Source: an uncultured Alphaproteobacteria bacterium (GTDB taxonomy: Bacteria; Pseudomonadota; Alphaproteobacteria; SP197). Taken from it: DNA of 64,000 nt. The stretch spans positions 1,037,246-1,101,245 of the forward strand of contig OY282363.1 in assembly GCA_958295695.1 (NCBI GenBank), written 5' to 3'. The notes under the pieces were generated by a model. That model did not search any database. It saw only the letters and a list, made by a program, of their open reading frames with translations, and was not told the origin of the DNA. Both the position numbers and the translations under genes were made by a program. Below, piece by piece: positions 62,979 to 64,000 of the stretch (positions within the stretch are counted from its first letter, which is position 1; every line of letters begins with the position of its first letter).

Positions 62979-63757
62979 CGGCCCTGTCCCAGCAGCGCGA
63001 TCAGCGCGCCGTGCGCCGCCGCGTCGCCCGCGCTCACGATGCGGCCCGCATAGCCCGCGTCGACCGGGTTGCCGGCCGTGTCGGTCAGGAGCCCGCCGGC
63101 GTTGCGCACCACGGGCTCGATCGCGGCGATGTCGGTGGGATCGAGCGCCCCGTCGATGGCGAGGTCGAGCGCGCCGCTGGCGACCAGGCCGTGCATCGTC
63201 GCCTCCAGCCCGAAGAGCTGCCAGCGCATGGCGTCCCGGGTCGGCGCGAGCAGGGGGTCGTCCTCCTCGTCGGCCCAGTCGGGGCCGACCGAGCCCGCGA
63301 CCGCCTCGACCAGGCTGGCGCAGGGCCGCGTGGCGACCGGCGCGCCGTTGTGCGTCGCGCCGTGGCCGTCGGCGCCGATCCAGCGTTCGCCCAGGGCCGG
63401 GACGTCGATGACGCCCAGGACGTAGCGCCCGCGATGGGCGATCCCGATCAGGGTGGCGAAGCTGGCGCGGCCGTGCAGGAACGACCTCGCGCCGTCCAGG
63501 GGGTCGATCGACCAGAGCCACTCGGCGTCGGGCCGGTCGGCGCCGAATTCCGCGCCGAGCACGCCGTGGTCCGGCCGGGCCGCCGCGATCGCGGCCCGGA
63601 TGGCTTCTCCGGCTTCCCGGCCGGCCTCGGTGACGGGGCTCCCGTCGGGCTCGAGCTCCATGCCGACGCCGCCGCGCCAATGGCGCATCAGGATCGCGCC
63701 GGCCTCGTCGGCGGCGCGGCAGGCGAGATCGATCAGGTCGCGGGACACTGCGGGCAT
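62975..63757 (-). CDS. Inositol monophosphatase / HisN-like phosphatase (copy 1, degenerate motifs, possibly pseudogenising)
   Basis: SPVTEAGREAG, GAEFG, IDPLDGA: several conserved acidic/Thr residues replaced. Confidence 0.7.
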   Translation of the reverse strand: MPAVSRDLIDLACRAADEAGAILMRHWRGGVGMELEPDGSPVTEAGREAGEAIRAAIAAARPDHGVLGAEFGADRPDAEWLWSIDPLDGARSFLHGRASFATLIGIAHRGRYVLGVIDVPALGERWIGADGHGATHNGAPVATRPCASLVEAVAGSVGPDWADEEDDPLLAPTRDAMRWQLFGLEATMHGLVASGALDLAIDGALDPTDIAAIEPVVRNAGGLLTDTAGNPVDAGYAGRIVSAGDAAAHGALIALLGQGR

Positions 63758-64000
63758 GGCGGCGCATCCTCGCGGCCCCGCGCGAGCGGGGCAAGGCGCG
63801 ACCGCGCTCCATCCCCAATCGGCGACGAGGTCCGGATGGCGGAGGACGCGGCGGGATCCTGGCGTTTCCCGGGTTGCCGGACATCGCGGAGGGAAAGGAC
63901 GTGTTTTGAAGCTCACCCGTGAAACGCAACGGGGTTTGTGAATCGTCTTTGGCTGAAAAGTGATCCGCAAGCCGCGTTGTCGCTCACCCATGTGCGGCAA

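Overview
Very GC-rich (about 70% by eye) alphaproteobacterial chromosome segment, Rhodospirillales-like. The PhyH, DUF1640, HigBA and clan-AA protease content suggests a host-associated, possibly sponge-type lineage (inference). Core blocks: pckA/chvI-chvG, cspA, polA, tRNA-Arg(CCG), tRNA-Ala(GGC)-TIGR02300-aroA-cmk-rpsA-ihfB-lapA-ocd-trpFBA-accD-folC, amgK-murU-addBA-trxA, secB and yejABEF. Accessory genes include frmA-fghA, a flavin amine oxidase, puuD- and puuA-like genes, a DoeA/creatinase-like hydrolase, an amidohydrolase, PhyH and acoABC. Most notable: (1) addB and addA form one uninterrupted 2161-codon ORF; (2) an AT-rich stretch inside the addA 3' end carries NrdR-box-like sites at 32-bp spacing just upstream of trxA; (3) several unannotated pseudogene scars (higBA, relE, internally deleted pyrF, 5'-truncated ahcY, a protease/enoyl-CoA hydratase chimera) appear to decay almost entirely by A:T to G:C changes; (4) a secreted orphan hydrolase has the tannase-type CS-D-HC catalytic motif; (5) a relic integrated element is bounded by a duplicated tRNA-Arg 3' end. 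No CRISPR array, rRNA or intact transposase/integrase was seen. All calls come from reading motifs by eye; no searches were run.
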